DNA from: Ramazzottius varieornatus
Lineage: Eukaryota > Animalia > Tardigrada
Assembly (NCBI GenBank): GCA_001949185.1
Contig: BDGG01000003.1
Span: 3,269,158 to 3,333,157, forward strand
Direction of reading: 5' to 3'
Length of the DNA: 64,000 bases
Shown piece after piece: positions 1 through 20,293 of the stretch (position 1 is its first letter; the number at the start of each line of letters is the position of its first letter). Made by a program: the position numbers and the translations under genes. The notes under the pieces are model-generated. The model worked only from the letters and a program-made list of their open reading frames with translations, was not told the origin of the DNA and made no database searches.

Positions 1-816
1 TGATGACTTGGTGGCGCTTGTCGACGACCACTTCTTCATTACAGGTGGTACCACTTGGTGCTGGGCCAGTACTGATGGCATACGCCAAATCGAAACCGGT
101 GGCGGTTCCAGAAGAGTCGGTGCAGAATTCAACGATCAGCTGGTTGCCGCTTGAGGTGAAAGCCTCAGGAGCTGTGAAACCACAGTAAGGTCCATAGAAA
201 GTGGTGGATGGGACGGCAGACTGGGACGTGCATGGAGCCCTTCCGGAAACAGTTGAGACGGCAGCCGAGTCGTAGATGATCAGATAGTCGAACGAGCACC
301 TGTACACCAGGAAATATGTGCAGGTTGTCCCAGTCGCCAGGTATTCAACAGGCACAATGCAACTCACCTAGAGTTATATTCGATGTCGAATCGCTCTGGA
401 AAGTTCACCGCGATGGTCTGCAAAAGTAAGACCGTAAGAGTTTTTCTGTCATCGCTGCTGATGGTGTCGGAAAAGCGAATAAAGAAGTTCTACAGTTGTT
501 TTTCCCCCACTGGTCTACGGAGAGTTCTGTTCATATCAGTAATACCTGCCCAGCAGGTGCGTTTAAGGACCAACGGCACTTTAGGTTATTTCCGTATGGT
601 TGGGCGGAACCCAGCTGTTGCGTTGTATTCAGCACGTCGAGAACGGCATTGCTGGGACATCCGTCTGGAAAAGAAAGGCCATTCAACAGACAACCTTGAC
701 AGAATTATCGTCTTCCTCGTAGATTTACTTCTCCCCTCAGGGAGCTTACTTTGGGCAGAGCACGCTCCAGCGATGAGGGCGAGGCACATAACCGAAATCC
801 CAAAACGAGCCGCCAT
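1..816 (-). CDS. Secreted CUB-domain protein (spliced, 3' end outside window)
   Basis: Signal peptide MAARFGISVMCLALIAGACSA at ATG 816. Minus-strand exons read FDIEYNS-RCSFDYLIIYD...GPYCGFTAPEAFTSSGNQLIVEFCTDSSGTATGFDLAY, the CUB consensus. Confidence 0.8.
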
Positions 817-1435
817 CTTGACTTCCGGGTGTTTTTAGTATTGAAGAACCCAACCGAAGACGCACAAAGAAGTGAAGTGCGCAAGCGACCTTCAGCTTGT
901 TTGATCGCCTTACGGAAAGTCAGTTCCAAAAGTGGAACATTATCTGTTAGTGGTATCCGGCCATTGTCAGTGCCCAGATTTGCGACGCACAATGTGACTT
1001 TGGGCAACTCTGCTATGCGGGTACTCCATTGTACCGTCGTATCTAGTCCGATATGAATGATATGGACGTAATCGATGCGTCGTAATGGGGAACTTCGTGT
1101 AAAGTGATCACTACAGAGTAAAGTGATCACTACTGTTAGGTGCAGAGAGGGATAGTCAAAGTGCAAACAGAACAGAAGTTCGGAAGTATGGACAGCAATA
1201 AATAACAACGGGAATAGCATAAAAAGAGAAAAAGCGAACGGATGCTGTCTGCTTGCCTATCAAGACATCCCACAAAACGCCGATAAAAAACACATGTGCA
1301 CCGACCAACAGGTAACAAGATAAATAGATAAAAGTAAAATAATTGACACATCCCGCGAAGTAGTGAATCGCTAATAATGTCAGCCAAAAGTCCTTCGTAC
1401 GACGGTACGAGAAAAGGGATACGCAAAGAAATATC

Positions 1436-9753
<8,318 letters not shown>

Positions 9754-11257
9754 GTGCGGGGGAAGTCCGATTCACGAAGATCCTCTGTCCGAAGAGATAT
9801 TCTGCAAATGTAAACCGTTACAGCCGAGACTGGAGAATGACGATTTTAAAACGTGCGATCATTCCCTCAGAATAGCAGCCCTTTTGGAGCTTGGAAGTTT
9901 AGAACACGGTCGACACTGGTGACTGGGATTCTGCAGCTGGGAGATGGGATCCATGATCCATCGTTCCGTTATCCAAAATTTCAAAAATCAAAACCAGCTG
10001 GCTGCTGCACAGCACGTCAAGCTATCGAACTGCATGACATACTAAGCTTACATATCGTCGTATACGGTACAAATCGGCCCTGTTCAACGAATCAACCGTC
10101 TGACCAGCAGCCGAACGTCCAACGTCTTTCGGATGTCTGCCAATTTTCTACAAGTTTTTCTACAGTCAAGCTCGTTCAAGATAGGTTTATCCTGGGAAGA
10201 ATAGGAGATACTGCAGAACAATGGGCCGCCCAGACGATCTCCGGACACGCGCAATGCTTCCAGAAAAGGTAGCATGTACTGATATCTCTACGGCGAGAAT
10301 TCTCTTTTGGCACAAATGTGCCGACCTTGCCTTGACAGACTGACGGGAAAGTCTCTCAAAGAAACGCGTCGAGGATCTCGGGATGAAATCTGACCAGCTA
10401 TGACTGCAAACTCCGGTAGGAACTTTAGAAAAGGTCACTACTCACGGTGTAACAACGAGAAGATCCCCATAAAGCCTTCATGAAATCAACATGCTTAATG
10501 AGTTTATAAACTCATTCTGGCGCACACAAATATTTCAGGAAACACTGAAAAGATAAATCGAGTGGTTCTTCAAAGTGGACGATCGTCCGTACGGAGAGTG
10601 GGAAAAAGAACTGGGATCGGTTATGCCTGTTATTGACGGATTGTGGAATGTCTGAGACAGATTTGAATTATAGCTTATCAGTGATCAAGTCTCCAGCGTC
10701 GTGAGGCACTCTCTTTAGAGCTCTTTTCGGCAGATAATGAGCCCAAAGTGATGAATTTTAACAATCGACGGCCCGAGAGGTAGTTCGGTTCATTCGCCCT
10801 GCCTCATTGATCCGGTTCTGCTTGTAGACTGCCTTGATGCCTTTCGATACCACGTGACATTTGAGAACGCCAGTCTGCTTCCTTGTCGTCCGTAATTACT
10901 GCGATCATCATTCTGACCTGCAAAAACCCAGGCCGAGAGCTATCAGATAGAAGGCGATCTACAAAGCCCCCAACTAAGTTAACGTCTTGACTACATACTA
11001 TTGCGGTGATGATTCAGAAACCTTCAACTAATCCATAACATAGACTTGAAAAACCGCGACTTGCAGACCATTGCAGATTGTTCTGCACAGCCTCTCGGTT
11101 TTTCCGTTATACGTAGCTGCTGGTTCTGAACTACACAACTAACAGCGTCGTCTGAATACAAAATTAAAACTTGGACGTAATTATATACAGTAAAAGAGCC
11201 TCTTGTGAAGCGGAAGTAACCGGATGAACGCAACTTGGTCCGCAAGAAAGGAGTTCG

Positions 11258-13077
11258 CTAGGTGGGGCGACCAGGTCTCGACCGAATGTACCAATCCGGA
11301 ATAAACTTCCATTTGGAGTCCGGAGCTTCTTCGTGGAACTCTACCTTCTCCCATCCCGGGCACCACACAAATCTGTATACCGCCCTGTAACATAACCCAG
11401 GTTATTGATATCTGGTAAGCGAGCGCACCAATTGCGAAGACCTCACAAGTTCTTTACTTACTTGTCATACTCCTCCACCGCCGTTCGGCGGACGAAGGTC
11501 AAGAAATCATTCAGAAAGTTCACACAAACGGCCGGGCTCCATGGTTCACCACTGCTCTGCTTGAGGAAACCCGTATCAGAAGCTGTCCATAAAAAGAGGC
11601 AGTGTAAATTGTCGTAGGCGAACCTTGACAATCTTGGAGATGTCCTGCGTCCGCAGCTCTTCCGTCTGCGAAACATTTCCTTGATCGTTGCGGAACCCAA
11701 TGACGATTGTTGGTACTCCGGCAACGAAACTCTGTGCCCAAAACTTCAGAAGCTTCTGACTACTACAATGAAAATATATTGATAACGGAGAAATACAATA
11801 ACACTTGCTTGACGAACTTCAATGGAAAAACTGGTACCTCGTACCAGAATTGCCGACGCTGGTTATCAGTTGACAGTAGGCGGCTTGTTTTGAGCTCGAC
11901 GTAGGTTGCCGGTGCGGACGTGGTTTTGGGATCAAGGTTCGGGTCGAAGCAGTCCATTTCACCACCGAACAATATTCCCGTCTCGCCCAGCTTAGAATAG
12001 AGAACGGAATGGAAGCCATCGAAATTGGTCACGGGTTCCTTCAGCACTTCCCGATCTGCAGGATCGGTTGTCATGTACTGCTCGAACTTGAAGCCCCTAA
12101 AAATACGCCCGCGGATCATACATCGTGACAAACGTGTCGAATTGTTTTTCTGTCAACAAACCGAGCAAGAAACTGAAATCGTAGATTAAGTGCTCCACCT
12201 CATACCAATATTCAAACTTTGAATCTTGCTGCGACTGACCGAGTCGTTTAGCCGCAGCTGCATCATTCTCAAACGAGGAAAGGTATAGTATTCCTAAAAG
12301 AAAACACGGTTTACCCTGCTGGACCCGTGCTGGTATGGCGTTGTACAATGACCGGAAGATGAAACGCTTCACAACGTAATTCAAATCAAACCAAGCCTGA
12401 GTTTGACGTCACAAGAACGTAAGCTGCGGAGCTTGACGTCATGCGCAACCGAGCAGGTTTCACCCACCGTCGATTTTGCATACGCAGATTATCCATCCAT
12501 TGTTCCAGCGATCAGACTGTGAGTACGGAGTCGTCATCAGCTCATGTAGCTTGCCTCTCCAGCAAACAAGGTTGATCTTGTGCCTGCAAATATATAAATC
12601 TGGCTTGTGAAAACAGCAGAAGCTGAAAGGAACCATAACCACATGAGCCACTCCGACAGAGAAACTGATCAAACCTGGAATGCTTCGATTTCGCTCTTAC
12701 TTGAACAAGAGAAAGTTCTGCGGATGATGCAGAATCCATTCGAGGAGATGGTCGATATGTTCCGAGTACCCTTTCTCTTTTACTCTCCTAATCCAGCTGT
12801 GAAAGCCATGGTCCAAGTTGAGGCTGATGTTGGAAACAAGAGTTCCCTTTCCCCGTCGACGGAGAGGTTTAAGCGCCCGGCAATCATCGTGATACTGTCT
12901 TTTTGACTGCGATCCTGGAAGCTGAGATAACGAGAAAGTACCTATTTCTTCCGGTAGTCGAAACGATGGAAAGCTCCGATCGAACTGAGCAACATCCCTC
13001 AGTGATGATATCGGAAAATTCCGCAGACTCGGCAGCTCATCACGATCGTGCTTCATCCGCTTCTCCGGTCGTGCCAT
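11258..13077 (-). CDS. DXO: DXO/Dom3Z/Rai1 decapping exoribonuclease
   Basis: Motifs CWRG.L, GFKFEQYMT, GEMDC, YVELKT and KFWAQSFVAGV. Last exon ends KWKFIPDWYIRSRPGRPT-stop at 11258. Confidence 0.92.
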
Positions 13078-14989
13078 GCTCCTTAGCCTCCACCAAAGTA
13101 CTCGTGATACCTATCCCAAAAACCTCACTCCATAGACCAAATGCAAGAACCGGCTCGGAGGAGAATGCTCAAACTGGAGGTAGCTAGGAAAATTGTGAAT
13201 TTGTGATTTCTGTCACGGCATAATGTCATGTCGTGTAATGTTACGTTACAACGATTACATTAGGGACTGTACGCAAAATCAATCAACCGAACACATTTCG
13301 AACTCTCACATAATCTCTCACATTTGACCGAATCAACTCTGCCCTAAATCGACCTTTGTTGTGGTTTTGGTGACGGAAACGTGAGCATCTTGCTTTTCAC
13401 GTGCGCAACTGCGATCATCCGTCACATTTCGTCATCTCACAGTTCGGATTTTCTGTTTTCTGATTAGTAAACTGATCTTCTGCTAGCCTTTGCCACCCTC
13501 CAACATCCAGACTCTGCAGAACTTCCATCCCTAAAAGAAAGCGGACTCACCCCGACCGCTACCAAGATGGTTACCGGAAAGACGGCGGCAGAAGAATGGG
13601 ACAATAGCTCGTCAGTTGTCAGCTCAGCTGACGCGAATGTTTCGCTTCCGCGGGTTCATGACCGCATTGACAGCCGAGTCAACCGTAAGTATCGCTTTCT
13701 TTTATTTCGATCTTCCTGCTAACGAAGGTGGGAGCCATGCTTGTTGAAATGTGGAACATACGTTAAGCGGAGAACAGAATGCGCCGGAAGTCCGCGCTGG
13801 AAACTTGGATAACCAAGGTATCGTCAGCATCTGTTAGCAGACGTCCAGCCTGTATATTTGCTTGATTACAGAACATGTCGAAGGCAACAGGCCATCCACC
13901 TCTGCGCCGGAATACCGCCCTCCTGCTCAGGAAGCTAAACAAAGTGAGCGTTCGCTCTGCGAGCTTGACTGCCGATCACAGAACCGTACTTTCAACTGGT
14001 AACCGTAAACAAAACTCTAAACAGTCTGTGTTTTTAGTACTCACGCAGGATCACCTGTACCGTAAAAGCGCGTTTTGCTTCAACTGTTTGAAGTGAGGCC
14101 ATCACCACAGCATGTGTGTTGAGGCACTCCGAGCTCGCCGTCCACCTATGCGAGACGCTGCGCGACGTGACGGGTTTCTGGCGCTCTTAGCCGACAAAGA
14201 AGTCGGAGATGCACGCATACGTGCAGAGCACCAGCAAGAAGACCAGCGACGCGCGGAAGACCGCGCTCTTGAGGAAGCTCGTGTGATGAACGATCGAAGG
14301 AAGGAGGACGACGCCAAGGCAGCTCGACGCCTCAACGAAGACCGCGTTCGGCAGGATGAGCGTAACCGCGAGAACGAGTTAGCTGCGGCCAGTTATCGAG
14401 CTGAGAAGTCACTGTATCGCCGAGACTTCCAGCAACGATTCTATCGTCGTTAAGATGGTGAGGGCACTCAGCCTGATAGCTCTATTCCACGTTACAGTCT
14501 TTGTAACGTGAAGTCTGTTTTATGGTTTTTCACAGGTACATTTGGACAAGCGAGGTTGTGTCTTCGTCGAATGATACTAAGAGCATCGTTTACTTTTTTT
14601 GGTTTCCTGTCAGTTTTCGATGGCCTCACGTTGTAATCTCAGTAGTAAACCCTATCTCGTCTTTTTTCCCGTTCTACTCCAATAAAGCGTCTTTGAAGTG
14701 ACTGCAGTTGTCGCTGAACGGTTTCCTGTCGAAGCTTCCTTTAACGCCTTTTACTGTAACTTCATCTTTCGAGCTCGCAGAAGACTGCACCCCATTCTTT
14801 CTAGCAACCAGCTGAAGTCATTCCGTTGGTGGATTCGAGTGAACCTACATGCTTCGGATCTCCATAGCTCTAATGCAGAATAGAATTCTTGGAATAGAAA
14901 AACCAGCATGAGCCCCTCAAAGAACGGTGTCTTTTCTCGGACTTCCGGTTGCCGTTGTTTCAACCAATCAATATCGTTTCACGTCCAAC

Positions 14990-15592
14990 TGAAAGCTCCT
15001 CCACTTACTGAGTTCACAGGTAGCTTGTTGTGTCTTCTGCCGAAAGCGGTTATGTCGTCTCAAAAGACATCAGAGGGAGCAATACAGCGGACACTCACGG
15101 AAGCACGTCATGAAGTTTCAAAGTATATGCACTTCAGATGGTATAATCGCGAATGGTTCCTGTGCCGGTCGCCGTCATGAGGGTTTCATGTTAGGAGAAA
15201 GCAACATGCGCGAGCGACTGCGCCACCTCATCGAAAACTGAGGAAGGGAAATGCGTCTCTTCGGCGACAAGGGATACTCTCTTTGTGAAGAAACTCGAGT
15301 TCCCTACAAAAGCAGCCACCTGACAGAAGAACAGACAGTTTTCAACAACACAACGTCGCAGATTAGAGTGACTGTAGAGTACGGTTTTATGGCGATAGCA
15401 CGTGATCTTGCGTACGAAAATCATGAAAAAAATCAGAAAATATACTGGCAGCAGGTGGCCAAAACATGTTTAGTGACTGCCGTTCTGACTAACTGTATGA
15501 CATGCATGCACGGCTTTCCTCTTGTCCGGAAAAAATTTGGCGTCGATCCTCCGCCTCTTGAAATATACTTGGGTTTTGTAGAAGAAAATTAG
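14990..15592 (+). pseudogene. Harbinger (DDE_Tnp_4) transposase remnant, frameshifted
   Basis: Fragments QREQYSGHSRKHVMKFQSICTSDGIIAN, GRRHEGFML, LFGDKGY, FNNTTSQIRVTVEYGF, LTNCMTCMHG and PPPLEIYL. First DGT motif not found; frame breaks present. Confidence 0.85.
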
Positions 15593-16578
15593 CTTGGTTT
15601 CCCGGCAGTAAGAAATCGAAATGCATTCGTAAAAACAGCAACCGTTTTCCGTTTCTCTTCAGTTAAGCTTGGTCTACCGGCTTTCTACCACCGTGAATTA
15701 GTTCTTTGCGTAGTTAATTATAAGTTTCGCAGAGGCGTAATAGTTTGAAATAGAATCTGGCGATCTTCCGCACGTTTTTAACTTCGGTCAGTCGGATTTC
15801 TTTCTCGACTTCCAGCTGTTTGTCTTTGAGTACTGTTCTTTCGCGAACTTCTCTTTTTGCCATTCGCGATTGTTCTTGCGCTCTTCCATATCGATCTGTC
15901 TTTCGATTTTGTCCAAGTCACGTATGGCCTCGATTTGGCTAGCAGCGGTGTTGTACGTTTGGAGGAGATCCGCGGCGCGAATTCGGCGAGTGGTCCCTTC
16001 CTTCTAGGCATCTTGCCGAGAACAGAGCAGCAAAATAAGGGCTGCGCCGGAAGTCCGCGCTTGAGACAAAGGCTTCAAAGGACTAGAAAGCTTAAAAGGA
16101 CTTTGCTGTATCATGAGAGCGTTGCTGCGCGAATCAACCGTTTCAAACGAATCGCAGTAAATCGAATCCGTTCAGAAACACAGATTTTCCCTTAGTTGAG
16201 GTAAAAACTGTTGAAGGTGAAAACATCAAAACACGTGAAAACATCAAAATATTTTATAAAGTGAATTTCGTTGGTCGACCTTCGGGAAACTGTTGTTCTT
16301 CTGCCGTTCCGTCTTTCGCCAGAGCTTTCCGACACGCTCTGGCTATCGCAGCTTTTTTGGATGCTTTGCTGGTTTCTGTGGCAGACGTAGCTCTGTTTCA
16401 TCCGTTGCAGATAAGTGCTGTATCTCACTTTGGGAAAGGGTTACCTGTGGCTTCCGGTAAAAACTTAGCCTTGCCTCTGACGGCCTGACATAAATCTGCC
16501 ACTGAAAGGAGAAAGAAAGGTTAAGCGCGGACGACTGTCGCGGGGTTGTTGACTTGTCGTAAAAGAGTTTTACCCAAC

Positions 16579-17295
16579 TTAGCTCGGACATCCTGAGCGT
16601 GTTCTTCGGCTCCATCTAACGTATCTTTGTCGCCGACAGAATACAGTGGCGCTGTAGCCTTGTTGCCTGTGCTCATCCCACGAATCAGACTTTACTGCGC
16701 CGGGGCTTTTTCGGTCGGCCTTGGGTACAGCCGAAGGCTGATTATCTTTCTTCTCAAGGGACTGAATCACTTGGTCGACTATATTGACGGGTTCCTCCTC
16801 ATCGCCAGATTCTCGTGGGCGCTTTGGATGCTTCTCCTTGAATTCTTTCACTTTTCAATCAACAAGAACCCGAAGACTATGCAAAGCATCGGCGTCCTTC
16901 TTCTTCTGTGCCTTGAATCCTTTCTCAGTTTCCGGCATGAGTTCTGGTTCTGTAGGCTGATAAGTGTTTTCTAAGGAATGGCGTAGAGCTACCTTCCACG
17001 CGAGAGTACACTCTTTTCCGGCAGGATACTGATAGGGATTGATATCATCCACGGCCAGCAGTCTCTCATACGTTTCGTCTTCGCGGGTTAACTTCGGACG
17101 AGGCGCAGTAGTGTCGCTGTCCATTTCTTTCCTCGACCGTCTTTTCGGCTTCGGAATCTCTGTCACGTCGCTGTCGACCTGCGTCCGAAGTCCATGGTTT
17201 GGAACCGCGTAATCTTTTCCTGTTGTTGATCTCTCCCTGTTAACTAGAGCAGCTGAAGACGACGCTGATGTGGGAGAAACTTGATGGTGCGTCAT
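16579..17295 (-). pseudogene. Harbinger-associated Myb/SANT-like DNA-binding protein remnant
   Basis: LLAVDDINPYQY...AWK...LRVLVD-stop/shift-KEFKEK...RESGDEEE..IVDQVI resembles Harbinger partner proteins. It lies inside the TIRs, opposite the transposase. Confidence 0.6.
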
Positions 17296-18163
17296 GCACT
17301 TGCCAAGGACTTCCGCGCGTTACATACGGCCTGCTGCTACGTGGATCCTTTTGGCTGATTGCCCGGGAGAGTCATAGATAATTGTCCAGGTGAAGAGAGC
17401 AGCGTTACTGCCGGAGTGCTGGAGGTAATTTCGGAGCTGACAACATCGGATAAGTCTGCATCAGCCGACTCACGAGAAAGCGCTGCTTCCCACAGGAGAT
17501 CGAGTCCGTTCCTTCCATCGTCCGCCATTCCTGGCCAAAACGCACGAGCATAGAATTTTTCCACTATAGAAGCACCAAAAGATCAAGGATTGAAAAGGCG
17601 GCCTTCTTCTTGCTATGGTCATACCGGTATTTGAATCAAACTACATATCAAAACTTGGGCAGTTCCGTTGCGTCTTAATTCCCGATGTTGCCGTTTTAAC
17701 GACCGGAGTCAGCGGAAATTCAAAAAGATGTGCGGGGTGAAAATTTCCGTTCGTCGTTCTTACATTTCATCGCCGAGTTTGTGAGCCATCAGCTGCTCAC
17801 ATGACGGCTGACGGCTCACATTTGGCCTTCGCCCAATACCGAAGTCGGGGTGGAGTCGGTCCGGACCAAATGTGAGAGTCGTAATGTGAGAGGGCAAATG
17901 TGAGCGGTTGATTGATTTTGCGCACGCAGTCTATTGGTGAACTTCCCGTAGCAGCATCAGGTGGAGGACCATGGCCATTCAGGACGCTTCCGACGTTCCA
18001 AGTCCCGACGCCACTACATCCGGCAACAGGCCGATGTTCAGCCGTTCAACTCGAAAACAACAAATTGAGAGGCGTATTTGCCAGGTTAAATTCTAAAGCC
18101 GAGGTAAAAGCATGCAACAAAAGCAAATCACATTGGTCTTTTTATTGGTCTTTAGTCAGTCAG

Positions 18164-19661
18164 TCAGGTCTTCGTTGTGGGCGACGGCTTCTCCGAATCC
18201 GGAACTTCCTCTCGAGCATCAATGATTCCCGCCTCTTCTGTTGTCGGGCTGTTTGGTTTAATCCGTAATTCTTCCCTCGAAGTCTCCGTGAGTTCCAGCA
18301 ACTTACGCACTGCCGCTATGGCCACATCATAGTTGTAGATTCCCACCATGCTAACACTAGCCGGCTTCCTGCATTTCTTGCCCAGTTTCTTCTTGGTCAT
18401 AGTGAAGACGATAGGTACTTTCATTTCTTCCGCTTTCTGTATAATCTGCTGTAGTTTCTGGTCGGGCCCATGTTGACCAACACCTTGCTCAATGTTCGAC
18501 GCTACCAAGATGAGCTTCACCTCACGGGTATCTAGATGCCTGTACACATCTCTCAGTCCGCATACATATCGGCGTTTGTACATTAAAGGATCTTGCTTGT
18601 GCGCACGGTCTTGGTAAAAGACCAGCAAGTCCAAAACATTTTCTGCTAGCGAAATCATTTCCTGGGTGATTTCGTGATCGCAGTATTTACATAGTACTGG
18701 GTCTTTCGTGTCTTTCAGAGCTGGTTTCGTTCCAGTTTCTGTAAGGTTGTTCGCGCCCTCGTCAGGTGGCGCCGACGCGTCTTTCTTATCGCCTTCATGA
18801 TCTGTTTCGGCTGAATCGATGTTTTCTGCGGGAAATACGATGTTAAACAACTGTTTTACACAACATAAGATCAGAATTGTTACCCGATGGCGCATTCGAC
18901 TGTGACTGCCTCTTACGGTTTTCCAGAACAGCTTGTTTCGTAACGGATGGCTTCTTCGGTTTCGGGTTAACTTTCTCCTTGCCGCGAAGGATCTTCGGTG
19001 CGCTGGAGTCGAGAAGGTTTCTGCCTGTGGGTAAATTCTCTCTTTTGTCTTTTGGAGGAGGCTTGACAGAGTCCACTGACGTGGGCTCTGACGCCGAAGA
19101 CCGAGGCTCGAGATCTTTTGGGATTAGTAGGAGGGAAGAGAGATCGAAGCGCTGGCTCTTCCCCGCTCGAGCAACCATCTTTTCCGGGCAGGCTTGAGGA
19201 GCTGGATCGAGAACGATACTTGCACGAGGCTTGAACTCCGGCGCGTTTACCTTGAAACCACTAAAACTTGATGCACCGTTCTTAGACACTTTTCCACCCA
19301 GGCCAGGAAAGTCTTTTGCATCTGCAAAAAAACCGGATTTCATTATATAGAACCGAATCTTATTTACGCCAGTGAGATGTCTCAGCGATTCGAAGTAACC
19401 ACCTAGACCAGAGGATTCCGAAAGCTTGGCGGCATCTCTAGTTTGATCAGCAACGTTCCTTTCGTTCTCGGAATGGGCCAGGCTAGGTGGTGGTGCTGGT
19501 GTACGAACAGGCAGCGCGGGGAAGTCAGCAGCATGAACCGGGTATCCCCCACCGGAAGTGGAGCTGTTGGTGGTTCGATGAGCGTTGCCAAAAACGAGCG
19601 GTCTGTTCCATCCCTGCTTGACTCCTCGGCTCTGGCTGGTCTCGTGGCCACGTCGTTCCAT
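18164..19661 (-). CDS. SECISBP2: SECIS-binding protein 2 (SBP2)
   Basis: SID motifs NLLDSSAP and RGKEKVNPKPKKPS, plus L7Ae domain (YCDHEI...FYQDRAHKQDP...RRYVCGLRDV...VSMVGIYNY). Start uncertain. Confidence 0.88.
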
Positions 19662-20293
19662 ATCTCAAGCTTTTGCTCTCAAACAGTACTACCTAATAAA
19701 CGAGATCCATTAGGGAGTACAAGAACAGCGCGAAAAGATTTACTGGAGTCTGGAGTCAGAGGATGAGCGGAGAATGGTTTGTTTACCCATTGTTCGATCA
19801 GCTGATTGAGTAGCCCATTCATTCGAAAATCGCAAACCCTCGTATGCCAGGTGAATTAAAGTGAGTTGATTGAGCTTGATTCTGCTACTCCGGAGAATGC
19901 GCGAAGATTGAAAGTTTGAACTTGGCACCATTTTTGGAATCTTCCCGCGGATTTGTACGTTACACCTAACTGAATGCTGTGACGTTCTTGGTTTCGGGGA
20001 TGATAAAGGATCAGGGATTGCCCGAGGACAGCTGAGGATACTGGCTAGACGTTTGTGAATTGTTAGCGCTCATCTCTATACTGTATGAACACGTAAGTTA
20101 TGTGACATAACGGCAAGCGCATCTCGCTTCTCATAGCACCATTTCATTGTGTTCGAAAGTCATTCCGGTGGGTCGCTGGACTCTCTCATAGATAGCAATT
20201 TGGAATCTGTAGTTTGAACTTATCATCTGTGGTTTCCTCTTAGAGTAGACCACCTGGGCAGAGATTCGGCGGAAGCGGTGGCCGGTGTCCATC

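Larger units (their letters stand above)
13263..17931. mobile_element. Decayed PIF/Harbinger DNA transposon (~4.67 kb) with TIRs and convergent transposase and Myb/SANT-like genes
   Basis: Perfect 18-bp inverted match CGCAAAATCAATCAACCG (13272-13289) / CGGTTGATTGATTTTGCG (17905-17922) within ~65-bp imperfect TIRs, with subterminal CTCACAT repeats. TA flanks both ends. Internal Harbinger-type transposase and partner ORF remnants. Confidence 0.85.

Noticed and set aside
296-330. Possible additional family B copy
   Set aside because: It overlaps a splice acceptor, the spacer is only ~10 nt and the arms are degenerate.
1099-1133. Duplicated 16-mer GTAAAGTGATCACTAC
   Set aside because: A local tandem duplication with no further copies seen.
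9853-10950. Short ORFs and exon-like stretches between Mi-2 and DXO
   Set aside because: Frequent stops and no recognisable family. It may be a relic, but I cannot support a call.
20085-20293. Possible upstream mitochondrial-targeting extension of TOP3A (TTWAEIRRKRWPVSI)
   Set aside because: There is an in-frame stop at 20246, and the nearby ATG exon (20085) does not splice in frame at any visible AG.
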